Of a stretch of DNA of 26,721 nucleotides, positions 1 through 8,516 are shown one piece after another. The translations under genes and the position numbers were made by a program. The notes under the pieces are model-generated. The model ran no database searches and had not been told where the DNA came from. It was given only the letters and a program-made list of their open reading frames with translations. The stretch covers positions 1-26,721 of the forward strand of contig CAXTTL010000040.1 of assembly GCA_964247135.1 (NCBI GenBank), given 5' to 3'. Within the stretch, counting starts at the first letter, position 1, and each line of letters begins with the position of its first letter. Source of the stretch: an uncultured Deinococcales bacterium (GTDB taxonomy: Bacteria; Deinococcota; Deinococci; Deinococcales; JAAFIG01).

Positions 1-1
1 G

Positions 2-79
2 TTGCCAGCCGATGCTCAGAAATCAACCAGCCCTACCAAAAGCCAGGACTTGAGCATCTCGAGCATTGGAAAGCCTTGA
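2..79 (+). CDS. possible 3' end of a gene entering from the left edge (partial)
   Basis: Frame 2 is open from the window edge (LPADAQKSTSPTKSQDLSISSIGKP) to TGA at 77-79 and is followed directly by a hairpin. No homology recognisable. Confidence 0.35.
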   Translation: MPADAQKSTSPTKSQDLSISSIGKP

Positions 80-83
80 CAGG

Positions 84-108
84 GGTGCAAAACCAGGCTT
101 TTTGCACC
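84..108. terminator. stem-loop, possible intrinsic terminator
   Basis: GGTGCAAAA (84-92) pairs with TTTTGCACC (100-108). No clear U-tract beyond the stem. Confidence 0.4.
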
Positions 109-281
109 ATGAGCCTTCAAGAACAACTCGAGAACACAACCGCATGTTGCCAGACAACAGAAATCCCTCGAAAAAACCCGAGTGATTCGCGCTCAGGACA
201 ATCTCGAGCCACCCTGAAGAAACTGATCGAAATTCTGAAATTGAGATTCTCGAGTTTGCCACAAACCATCAGGAGAACCCC

Positions 282-548
282 ATGAGCCGCCGCGAAGCCG
301 TTCAACGCCCGCAAAACGCAACCGAAGAAACCACACTTCCCACTCACTCGAGTCCCACAAACGCACCCGCATTTCAGAATTCAGATTTTAATTTTGGCAA
401 CATCAGGGTGTTCCCCGAAGCACAAACAAGCACTCGAGAAACCATGCCATTTGCTGTGCCACGTTCACTTGATATGGTCGCACACGAAGCGGCACACGTC
501 CAACAATACTTTGAACCTAACCCCATGCAACGCAAACCTCGAGATTGA
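282..548 (+). CDS. small DUF4157 (eCIS core domain)-like protein, internally deleted or miniature
   Basis: AGGAG RBS at 271-275. The product has DFNFGNIRVF and the DUF4157-type zincin tail MVAHEAAHVQQ followed by MQRK, but lacks the middle of the domain. Confidence 0.55.
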   Translation: MSRREAVQRPQNATEETTLPTHSSPTNAPAFQNSDFNFGNIRVFPEAQTSTRETMPFAVPRSLDMVAHEAAHVQQYFEPNPMQRKPRD

Positions 549-635
549 CTTGACGTTACAGCAATGAGAATTCTTCGAGTCCAAATACAATCTGGGATAC
601 ACCTCGAGCCAGAATTGACCCGCTACTCTGATTTG

Positions 636-1532
636 ATGAAAACCATTTTTTTGACCATGTTGCTCGCCGCAATCGGTTTTGCTTTGGCACAAGGCATCGA
701 AGCAGATCGAAAGTATGCCCCAAATGGAACCATCAACATGCCTACCTTGGGCATTTCAATGAAATTTCCATACACGGTTTTTGGCAACCCGAACGACTAC
801 GCCCTGAACGCTGGCGAACTCTCCGTTGGCATTCAACCAGGAGTAAACCCAATCCAAGTCAAATTAGCCATCGAAGCTGCCGCCCGTGGACAATACCAAA
901 AACTAAAGTTAAAAGGAGGCGTCAACATTCGCGGCGATCTTGTGACCGCCAGGTACTACCTTCCCGACGAAGGAACGTACTGGCGCATCGTTTACCGCCG
1001 AGGACCACAAGGGCAGGGCGTCATGTTTTCGATGCAGGGCATTACCAACATTATCGTTCCAAACAACGAAACCAACGTGGGCAACGCCCTGATTCAATTG
1101 GTCAAAACCGTCAAATTCTTTGCGCCGAAAAATGCCAAACTCGAGGCAACCTGGAAAAAGAACCTTGATCCAAAATGGGCGCTGTTCAGCAACGGCACGC
1201 ACGACTTAGACATCTTAAGGTTTTGCAAAGACGGCACACTGTTTTTTCAAGGCGAAACCGAATTCCCCCGCTTGAGCATCATCGAAGATTGGGTCGGGAA
1301 CGATTATCAAAAGCAAATCAAACTCAAATGGAAACTCTACCCCGTCAATGCCAAAATCGCCTTCATGATCCTCGAGTACGCTCAAAACGACATTCGCACG
1401 CTGGAGGTGCAATACAACGATGGCTCGGACGGTTCAACGCCTTCGTTAAAGTTTGGGGGTTCTGTCTTTTTTTTGAAAACAGCCGAAGAACTCAAAGAAC
1501 GGAAATTAAACATCCCAGATTGTGTCAATTGA
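636..1532 (+). CDS. hypothetical secreted protein (N-terminal signal peptide)
   Basis: Long ORF. ATG at 636 gives MKTIFLTMLLAAIGFALA|Q (Sec signal, ALA cleavage site). TACTCT -10 box lies 6 nt upstream, suggesting a leaderless start. Confidence 0.8.
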   Translation: MKTIFLTMLLAAIGFALAQGIEADRKYAPNGTINMPTLGISMKFPYTVFGNPNDYALNAGELSVGIQPGVNPIQVKLAIEAAARGQYQKLKLKGGVNIRGDLVTARYYLPDEGTYWRIVYRRGPQGQGVMFSMQGITNIIVPNNETNVGNALIQLVKTVKFFAPKNAKLEATWKKNLDPKWALFSNGTHDLDILRFCKDGTLFFQGETEFPRLSIIEDWVGNDYQKQIKLKWKLYPVNAKIAFMILEYAQNDIRTLEVQYNDGSDGSTPSLKFGGSVFFLKTAEELKERKLNIPDCVN

Positions 1533-1552
1533 GCACTAAGCCAAACATAGGA

Positions 1553-1581
1553 TTGACACCCTCGAGCATCCCACGTAACAT
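1553..1581 (+). promoter_or_regulatory. sigma70 promoter of the ileS T-box leader
   Basis: TTGACA (1553-1558), 17 bp spacer, TAACAT (1576-1581), directly before T-box stem I. Confidence 0.8.
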
Positions 1582-1587
1582 GACCTT

Positions 1588-1866
1588 AAGGCATTGACGG
1601 GAAGAGTAACTTTTTGCACGTCTCGAGCGAGTTGCGGATGGTGAGAGCGCAACGACACGACAAAAAGCCAAGATCACCCCCGAGCCGACGGAAGAAACAG
1701 TCTGAATTGAGGCTCGAGTAGACCCGTTCGGGTGCGCCCGACACAGCGCACAACAAATCTTGCCAAAGATTTGAATGAGGCTCGAGATTTTCTTGGGCGA
1801 AGTTGGGTGGTAACGCGCATTTTGCGCCCCAACACGAGATGTTTTCGTGTTGGGGTTTTTATTTTT
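1588..1866 (+). ncRNA. T-box riboswitch (Ile, AUC specifier) with transcription terminator
   Basis: Stem I elements AGAGTA, GCGAG and GGTGAGA; specifier ATC at 1673-1675 in AAGATCACC; T-box AAGTTGGGTGGTAACGCG at 1800-1817; terminator CCCCAACACGA/TCGTGTTGGGG plus T-tract at 1827-1866; lies upstream of ileS. Confidence 0.92.
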
Positions 1867-1899
1867 CTCGAGAATTCAAGAAGTTTCGCATTTCTCTCA

Positions 1900-1926
1900 A
1901 GGGGCGAACACAAGGTTCGCCCCTAC
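1900..1926 (-). repeat. REP-like palindrome (GTAG class)
   Basis: Minus strand reads GTAGGGGCGAACCTTGTGTTCGCCCCT: a 5' GTAG followed by a GC-rich hairpin, as in RAYT-associated REPs. Confidence 0.7.
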
Positions 1927-1948
1927 GAAACCCAAAAGGGGCAATGTT

Positions 1949-4900
1949 ATGAAATTTAACGAAATCAGTCCTCAACCCAATTACAAAGAAGTCGAAGCCA
2001 AAGTGCTCGAGTTTTGGAAGTCGCAAAACATCTTCGCGCAATCCGAAGCCAAAGCCGCACCCAAAGGCGAGTTTGTGTTTTATGAAGGTCCACCCACCGC
2101 AAACGGTCAACCCGCCATGCACCACGTTCTTGCTCGGGCGTTCAAGGATTTGTTTCCGCGTTACAAGTCCATGCAAGGCTTTCATGTCACGCGCAAGGGC
2201 GGTTGGGACACGCACGGTTTGCCCGTCGAGATTGCAGTTGAAAAGAAACTCGGGCTTTCAGGTCGCAATCACGGCGCGACTCGAGCGGAAATGGAAGAAT
2301 TCAACAAACTCTGCCGCGAGAGCGTGTTTGCCAACATTCAAGATTGGAACACGTTTACCGAACGCATGGGCTACTGGGTTGACCTCGAGCATCCTTATGT
2401 GACGTATCACAACGATTACATCGAATCGGTTTGGAATCTTATAAAGCGACTTTGGCAAAAGGGGTTGGTCGAACGCGATTATAAAGTTGTGCCTGTTTCG
2501 CCGCGCATTGGCACGACCTTAAGCGCGAACGAAATCGCAGACGGCTACCGAGATGTCAACGATCCAAGCGTCTACGTGCGGTTTCCGATCAAACTCGAGA
2601 CGATGCCAAAAGCCTTCAAAGCCGAACTCGAGGCGCAAAACGTCAATCTGGAAGCCCTCGAGAATCCAGCGTTGGTGGTTTGGACGACGACACCTTGGAC
2701 ATTGCCCAGCAATACCCTGGCAGCCGTCAACCCAGAACTCGAGTACGTGCTGGCAAGTTCCCCACAAGGGCATGTGATCGTCGCGGCGGGTGCGGTCGAA
2801 CGCATGAGCGCACTTTATAAAGACCTGCCACCGCTCGAGGTGGTGGCAACATTTCAGGGCGGGGTTATGGAATACCTCGAGTATCACCAGCCGTTTCCAG
2901 AATCGTTTGAAGAATTGAAGCTCGAGGGGAAAGCGCATTTTGTGGCGTTGGCGGATTTTGTCACCGATGATGACGGTTCGGGCGTGGCGCATGAAGCCCC
3001 CGTTTACGGCGCGGAGGACTTGGCGCTCGGGCGTCAGTATGGTGCGCCGCTGTGCTTTGGCACGGACAAAAACGGCATCATGCAAGTCACCGAGGCTCGA
3101 GGAAAGTTTTTTAAGGACGCCGATAAGGATTTGATCCGCATCATGAAAGAACGCGGCGTGATGTACCACGCTGGGCAACTTTTGCACTCTTACCCGTTCC
3201 ATGACCGCACGGGCGACCCGATTCTGTACTTTGCGCGTCCGAGTTGGTTTGTGCGCACCAACAAGATGCGAGCGAACCTGGCGGCGCAAAATCAGAAAAT
3301 CAATTGGTATCCGCCGCACATCAAGGACGGACGGTTTGGAAATTGGCTCGAGAACAATGTGGACTGGAGCATCAGCCGAGAGCGTTATTGGGGCACACCC
3401 CTCCCCTTCTGGAAATCCGAAGATGGCGATTTGCACGTGGTCGGCAGCGTCAAAGAGCTTTCAGCATTGACAGGTCGTGACCTCTCGAGCCTCGATTTGC
3501 ACCGTCCTTTCGTGGATGACATCACGTTTGAACTCAACGGCAAAACCTTTTCTCGAGTTCCCGAAGTGCTTGATGTCTGGTTTGATTCGGGTTCGATGCC
3601 CTCGGCACAATGGCATTTGCTGCTCGAGGCGGACGGCACGGCGCAAAGCCAAGAAAACCTCGAGACGTTCAAAAAGCATTTTCCAGCCGATTTTATTTGT
3701 GAAGCCATCGATCAGACTCGAGGTTGGTTTTACAGCCTTCACGCGATCAGCACGCTTTTGTATGATTCGCCAGCCTATAAAAACGTGATTTGCTTGGGGC
3801 ATTTGGTGGACGAAAAAGGCAAGAAGATGTCGAAGTCTTTGGGCAATGTGGTCGAACCGCTGCCAGCGTTTGACAAGTACGGCGCGGACAGCGTGCGTTG
3901 GTACATGTTCACCGCCTCCGAGCCTGGCGACACCAAACGTTTTTCCGAGCGCCTGGTGAGTGAAGGTCAGCGCGGATTCGTCAACACGCTTTGGAATGTC
4001 TACAGTTTTTTCGTGTTGTATGCCAACATCGACAACCCAGACCTCAATAACGCGCCAAAACTCGAGCAACGCCCAGAAATTGACCGTTGGCTGATCGCCA
4101 GGCTCGAGCAAACCAAAGAGGGCATGACCAAAGCGCTGGATCATTATGACGCTCGAGGGGCGGGTAAGGCGCTGGACAAATTCGTGATGGAGATGAGCAA
4201 CTGGTACGTTCGGCGCAATCGACGGCGATTCTGGTCGCAGGATGGAACTGTGGACTCGAGCGCTTATGCGACGCTGTATGAGGCGTTGGTGACGTGCGCC
4301 AAACTTGCCGCGCCATTCACACCGTTTTTGGCTGAGAGTCTGTACCAGAATTTGGTACGCAATCAAGACTCGAGTTCTCCAGAGAGTGTGCATTTGTGCG
4401 ACTGGACTGAATTTGATGCCAGCCGTTGTGATCTCAATCTGGTATCTGAAATGAATGCGGTATTGACCGTGGTCGAATTGGGTCGTGCCGCTCGAGCCAA
4501 AGCCAGTTTGGGCAACCGTCAGCCCTTGCCTCGTGCTCTGGTGTATGCCAGAAACCCGAGCGACGTGACAGCACTGACACGTTTGAAAGACGTGGCGCTC
4601 GAGGAACTCAACGTTGAAGACATGGAATTTTTGACGGGCGTGACCTACAAAGTTCGACCTAATCTGCCCGTGCTCGGAAAAACACTGCCGCCAGAAGCCA
4701 AAAAACTCATGCCACAAATCACGGCAGCCCTTGCAAATCCCGAAACCGCCGCTCGAATTGCTGAGAATTTGAACGCTGGCAAAACCGAAAATCTCGAGAT
4801 TGACGGCGTAAGCATCGAACTGACGCTCGAGAAAGTCTTGATTGATGCTGAAGCACCAGCAGGATTCCAGTCTTCACTCTCAGAAGGCTTCCTGGTCGCG

Positions 4901-5179
4901 CTCGATACGAATTTAACCCCAGAACTGAAACTCGAGGGTTTAAAGCGTTTCTTGGTGCGCATGGTCAACCAAGCCCGCAAAGATGCCAAACTCGAGGTCA
5001 GTGACAAAATCGAATTGCGCCTCGAGTTGGAAGGTGAGTTGTTGCAAGCCGCGCAAGAAAAACGTGAATCGCTGGCGCTGGAAACCATGTGCTCAAGCAT
5101 CGAATTTTCTGAACCAAAAACTGGGGATTTTGTGGTCGCGCTCGAAGATGGTGGGCGGTTGGGATTGCGTAAAGTTTAG
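1949..5179 (+). CDS. ileS: isoleucine--tRNA ligase (IleRS type 2)
   Basis: FYEGPPTANG, GWDTHGLPVE, WTTTPWTLPSN, DWSISRERYWGTP and KMSKS motifs; IleRS2-type C-terminus without the zinc finger; upstream Ile T-box. Start moved to ATG 1949 because the longer ORF begins inside the T-box terminator. Confidence 0.97.
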   Translation: MKFNEISPQPNYKEVEAKVLEFWKSQNIFAQSEAKAAPKGEFVFYEGPPTANGQPAMHHVLARAFKDLFPRYKSMQGFHVTRKGGWDTHGLPVEIAVEKKLGLSGRNHGATRAEMEEFNKLCRESVFANIQDWNTFTERMGYWVDLEHPYVTYHNDYIESVWNLIKRLWQKGLVERDYKVVPVSPRIGTTLSANEIADGYRDVNDPSVYVRFPIKLETMPKAFKAELEAQNVNLEALENPALVVWTTTPWTLPSNTLAAVNPELEYVLASSPQGHVIVAAGAVERMSALYKDLPPLEVVATFQGGVMEYLEYHQPFPESFEELKLEGKAHFVALADFVTDDDGSGVAHEAPVYGAEDLALGRQYGAPLCFGTDKNGIMQVTEARGKFFKDADKDLIRIMKERGVMYHAGQLLHSYPFHDRTGDPILYFARPSWFVRTNKMRANLAAQNQKINWYPPHIKDGRFGNWLENNVDWSISRERYWGTPLPFWKSEDGDLHVVGSVKELSALTGRDLSSLDLHRPFVDDITFELNGKTFSRVPEVLDVWFDSGSMPSAQWHLLLEADGTAQSQENLETFKKHFPADFICEAIDQTRGWFYSLHAISTLLYDSPAYKNVICLGHLVDEKGKKMSKSLGNVVEPLPAFDKYGADSVRWYMFTASEPGDTKRFSERLVSEGQRGFVNTLWNVYSFFVLYANIDNPDLNNAPKLEQRPEIDRWLIARLEQTKEGMTKALDHYDARGAGKALDKFVMEMSNWYVRRNRRRFWSQDGTVDSSAYATLYEALVTCAKLAAPFTPFLAESLYQNLVRNQDSSSPESVHLCDWTEFDASRCDLNLVSEMNAVLTVVELGRAARAKASLGNRQPLPRALVYARNPSDVTALTRLKDVALEELNVEDMEFLTGVTYKVRPNLPVLGKTLPPEAKKLMPQITAALANPETAARIAENLNAGKTENLEIDGVSIELTLEKVLIDAEAPAGFQSSLSEGFLVALDTNLTPELKLEGLKRFLVRMVNQARKDAKLEVSDKIELRLELEGELLQAAQEKRESLALETMCSSIEFSEPKTGDFVVALEDGGRLGLRKV

Positions 5180-5208
5180 CTTTCAACCAAGAACCTCGAA
5201 CCTTTGAA

Positions 5209-5256
5209 GTAGGGGCGCTGCTTGCCGCGCCCTTGCCGTTGCGCCCTTGCCATTGC
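5209..5256 (+). repeat. REP-like palindrome (GTAG class) followed by a short tandem duplication
   Basis: GTAGGGGCGCTGCTTGCCGCGCCCTT (5209-5234). GCGCCCTTGCC occurs at 5227-5237 and again at 5241-5251. Confidence 0.65.
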
Positions 5257-5332
5257 TTTCAAGTTTTTGTACCCAATCCAGACTCGAGTCCAAATGAAGT
5301 GCTTTTTCAGCATCCTGTGCTAGCCTTTTTGG

Positions 5333-8300
5333 GTGCAGACCCAAACCGTTTCAACTTTGGTGCAACGGTTAAACCCAGTCGTTTCCAGGCGCTTGGGTGT
5401 GGTTTTAAATGTCTTCGGCGAACCTGGGATCGGGAAATCTTGGACGGTTGCCCAGGTTCTAAAGGGCATTCCGTGTCAGACCCTAAGTTTTGCCGCCAAC
5501 ATCAACGAAACTGATTTGGCGGCGGCTTTACCGCGTCCAAAGAAACTGCCCGTTTGGGCTGAAAAACAACTTTTGCACCTCGAGCGTGGCGAATTCGTCG
5601 ATACGCCGGTGCTGGTGAACACCCTGACGAGCACTTTGGCGGGGCTTGCGCCAATTGTGCTGCACCTCGAGGATGCCCATGAAGCCAGCACTGATCGCCT
5701 CGAGTTGATTCAAAAATTGGCTTTGGCAATCAAACGTTTTAAAGGCATTGGTCTGATCGTCTCGAGCCGCAGTGCACTGTCCGAGCCTTTCGTTTCTTTT
5801 AAAATTGAGGCGCTCAACCGTGCCCAATCTGATGCGTTGCTGACTGGCGAGTTGGGTTTTGAATTGCCGATGGAGGGTTTGGAATATGTTTTTGCCAGGG
5901 CGCAAGGCAATCCTCTGTTTACGCTCGAGTTTTTACGCTATTTGACGCGCCAAGGTTTTCTCTGGTCGGACGGCAAGACCTGGCATTGGCGCACGCCGCC
6001 GACAGGTTTTGTGCCCGTCAGTTTGGAGGCGCTGCTCGAGCGAATCACCAACAGTCTGGTGCTTGAAAGCGACACCAAAACCGCGCTCGAGGCGAGGGCG
6101 ATGTTGAATCTGCCGATTCCGGTGGTGGGTCAAATTTGGCAGCCGGTCAGTGAATTGTCTGAGATGTCTTTCCAAAACGCAAAACTGGCGCTCGAGGCGA
6201 GTGGAATCGTGGTGGGTGGTGTTTTCAGCCACACTTTGATTCAGGAGGTGATCGCGTCGGCAATTCCACCCGAGCGGCGTCAAGTGCTGGCATGGCGCTC
6301 TTGGCGGCAACTCGAGCAAACCGATCCAATTTTGGCAACGCGTTTTATTCAGGATTCGGCGCGAAGTCATTCGGAGGTTTTAGACCTGCTCGAGCGGGCG
6401 ATGGCGGCGTGTACCCAACCCGAGCAAGCCGCCAAACTGTTGGCGTTAAAGGTGCAATGGACGCCACTTGCGAACCGTTTTGAGGTGGCACTCGAGGCTT
6501 CCAAGGCTTTGCTGGAAGTCGATTTGAAAACCGCCATCCAACTTGGAGAACTGGCTTTTGCACTCTCGCCCAACCATGAAGCGTTGTACTGGCTGGTCGA
6601 AATTCGTCTTCTCGAGCGGCGCTTTGATGATGCGAGAAAATTGCTGGGGACCCTGCCGAAAGCTGAAAAGAACTCGGTACGGCACTGGGAGTTTGGCATT
6701 CGGGTCTGCAAAGAGTCTTCAGAATTTCGTCTCGCACTCGAGCGTTGGCACTCGCATCCCGAATTCCAGGCGCTGGCGGAGCCAAAAACGATTCAGAGCT
6801 TGGCGTGGTGCATCATGGAAAGCGCCGTTCCAACTGAGATCACCTACGCCACAGAATTGATTTCCAAAACCTTGGCTCGAGACTTGAGCTTGCAAAACCG
6901 TTACTGGCTGCTCGATGCCAGGGGAAATCTGGAACTGCGTTTGAATCAGTACGCCGCCGCCAAAAATGATTTTTTAGAAGCACTCGAGTCCGCCAGCCTG
7001 GCGGGTTCGCATTTGTGGCGGGCAAAATTGTGCAACGACTTGGCGCACGTGCATTACATCCAAGACCAAAATGGGGAGGCTGTGACGTATCTTGAAATGG
7101 CGTACCAGATCATGCTCGAGCATGGGCAGGCGTTTGATCTGGCGCACATGCAGGCACGGTTGGGCGTGGTTTGTCTGGAGCGTGCCCAGTTTGAAAAAGC
7201 CGAATCCATGATGCAGCAAAGCCGTGAAATTTTGCAACACTCTGACAGCCTCGAACTCTGCGAGGTCAATTTGCACCTGGCAAATTTGTACCTGGCTTGG
7301 AACACCGCCCACAGCGCGGTGCTGGCGCGTTGGTATGCCAGCAGCGGTTTAAAGGTGGCGCGCAGGTTGGGCGTGCCTTTTACGTTGTGCTTGGCGTTGT
7401 TTCGCGCGGTCCAATGCGAACTGAAATTTGGTGATCTGGGTGCCGCCAAGGACTTGCTGCCGGAGTTTTCATTCAATCTTAAAGGTTTAAACATGTCGGG
7501 TTTGGAGGCGCGGCTGGCGTGGGCGAAGGGCATGGTTTTGGAAGCCAAACACGATATTCCTGGGGCACTCGAGCAATACCAAAGCGCCGCGACGCTGTTC
7601 GAGAAACTGAAGGACCTGAGTTTGATTCATCAGGTGCAGCTCGAGATTGACCGTTTAAACCAAGACACAGCCCGAGCCAAAACACATGGGGTTTGGTTTG
7701 AAGCCCACGGTTTGCTGCGTTTGGCGCAACTTGTACAGCGTTATTTTCCAGAAACCCTCGAAATGGCTGCTCCCAAAGTCGCCACAACCAAAGACGGTTC
7801 GTTACGACTTCAGGTACTCGGAACGGTTTCACTCGAGCAGCAAGGCAAAACCATCAACTACCGTGGTCGCAAACGCCTCGAGTTTTTGGGATATTTGCTC
7901 GAAACCCGCATCTCTGGGCGCGTTGAAGCCCCGACGCTCGAGATCATTGACGCGCTGTATCCAGATTTGCTCGAGCCTGAAGCCAAATCGGCGCTCAAGC
8001 AACTGGTGTATTTGCTGCGCAGCAAACTGGGCGCGGAAGTGATTCAAAGCACCGCTCAGGGTTATGCTTTGGGTGCCATCGGCAGCGACGCCGAAGAATT
8101 CCTGGCGACCGGCGACCCAAGCTTGTGGCACGGCATTTATTTGGAGGGATTGTCTGAGGGCTGGCTACCTGGGGTGCGCGACGCCTTGGTGCAGGCGATT
8201 CGTCAAAAAATTGAGAGCCTGGCAAAAACCGATGCCAAGCAAGCCGCACGGCTCGGGCAGATTTTGCTCGAGATGGAACCGTATGACCGTGACACGCTCG

Positions 8301-8452
8301 AGCTGACCTTACGCGCCATTGGTGAAAATGAAACCCTCAGCGGCACGCTATACCGATCTGCCAGAATTCGTTTTGAGCAAATCGGTGAATCCCTGCCCAA
8401 CTCGAGCGAGGCATTCTTAAAAATGCGTAACGAATCGTTTTTGGTCGATTGA
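5333..8452 (+). CDS. STAND-type AAA ATPase with TPR repeats and C-terminal winged-helix/BTAD (SARP-like) module; putative transcriptional regulator
   Basis: Walker A GEPGIGKS, Walker B VLHLEDAH, STAND GxP motif AQGNPLF, long helical TPR-like middle. C-terminal LRLQVLG...LYPD...KSALKQLVYLLRSKLG...GYAL...LEMEPYD resembles SARP wHTH+BTAD. GTG start lies 6 nt after extended -10 TGcTAGCCT. Confidence 0.85.
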   Translation: MQTQTVSTLVQRLNPVVSRRLGVVLNVFGEPGIGKSWTVAQVLKGIPCQTLSFAANINETDLAAALPRPKKLPVWAEKQLLHLERGEFVDTPVLVNTLTSTLAGLAPIVLHLEDAHEASTDRLELIQKLALAIKRFKGIGLIVSSRSALSEPFVSFKIEALNRAQSDALLTGELGFELPMEGLEYVFARAQGNPLFTLEFLRYLTRQGFLWSDGKTWHWRTPPTGFVPVSLEALLERITNSLVLESDTKTALEARAMLNLPIPVVGQIWQPVSELSEMSFQNAKLALEASGIVVGGVFSHTLIQEVIASAIPPERRQVLAWRSWRQLEQTDPILATRFIQDSARSHSEVLDLLERAMAACTQPEQAAKLLALKVQWTPLANRFEVALEASKALLEVDLKTAIQLGELAFALSPNHEALYWLVEIRLLERRFDDARKLLGTLPKAEKNSVRHWEFGIRVCKESSEFRLALERWHSHPEFQALAEPKTIQSLAWCIMESAVPTEITYATELISKTLARDLSLQNRYWLLDARGNLELRLNQYAAAKNDFLEALESASLAGSHLWRAKLCNDLAHVHYIQDQNGEAVTYLEMAYQIMLEHGQAFDLAHMQARLGVVCLERAQFEKAESMMQQSREILQHSDSLELCEVNLHLANLYLAWNTAHSAVLARWYASSGLKVARRLGVPFTLCLALFRAVQCELKFGDLGAAKDLLPEFSFNLKGLNMSGLEARLAWAKGMVLEAKHDIPGALEQYQSAATLFEKLKDLSLIHQVQLEIDRLNQDTARAKTHGVWFEAHGLLRLAQLVQRYFPETLEMAAPKVATTKDGSLRLQVLGTVSLEQQGKTINYRGRKRLEFLGYLLETRISGRVEAPTLEIIDALYPDLLEPEAKSALKQLVYLLRSKLGAEVIQSTAQGYALGAIGSDAEEFLATGDPSLWHGIYLEGLSEGWLPGVRDALVQAIRQKIESLAKTDAKQAARLGQILLEMEPYDRDTLELTLRAIGENETLSGTLYRSARIRFEQIGESLPNSSEAFLKMRNESFLVD

Positions 8453-8516
8453 ATTTTGAACCGCTTCGTGACAATTTCGCCATTAACCAGGATAAACCGC
8501 GTGATAATCTCGAGTC

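Noticed and set aside
76-285. 69 aa ORF (frame open from position 1) overlapping the start of the DUF4157-like ORF
   Set aside because: No recognisable motif, it runs through a terminator-like hairpin, and frame 2 gives an equally plausible gene end at 79.
1847-1948. 34-codon N-terminal extension of the ileS ORF
   Set aside because: It starts inside the T-box terminator and crosses the REP hairpin; ATG 1949 has a purine-rich RBS.
2519-4717. Long antisense ORFs (305 aa and 418 aa) within ileS
   Set aside because: Shadow ORFs from codon bias on the coding strand; no motifs or translation signals.
5221-5256. Short tandem repeat as a possible CRISPR or VNTR
   Set aside because: Only two 14 bp units with no spacers; best explained as slippage in the REP arm.
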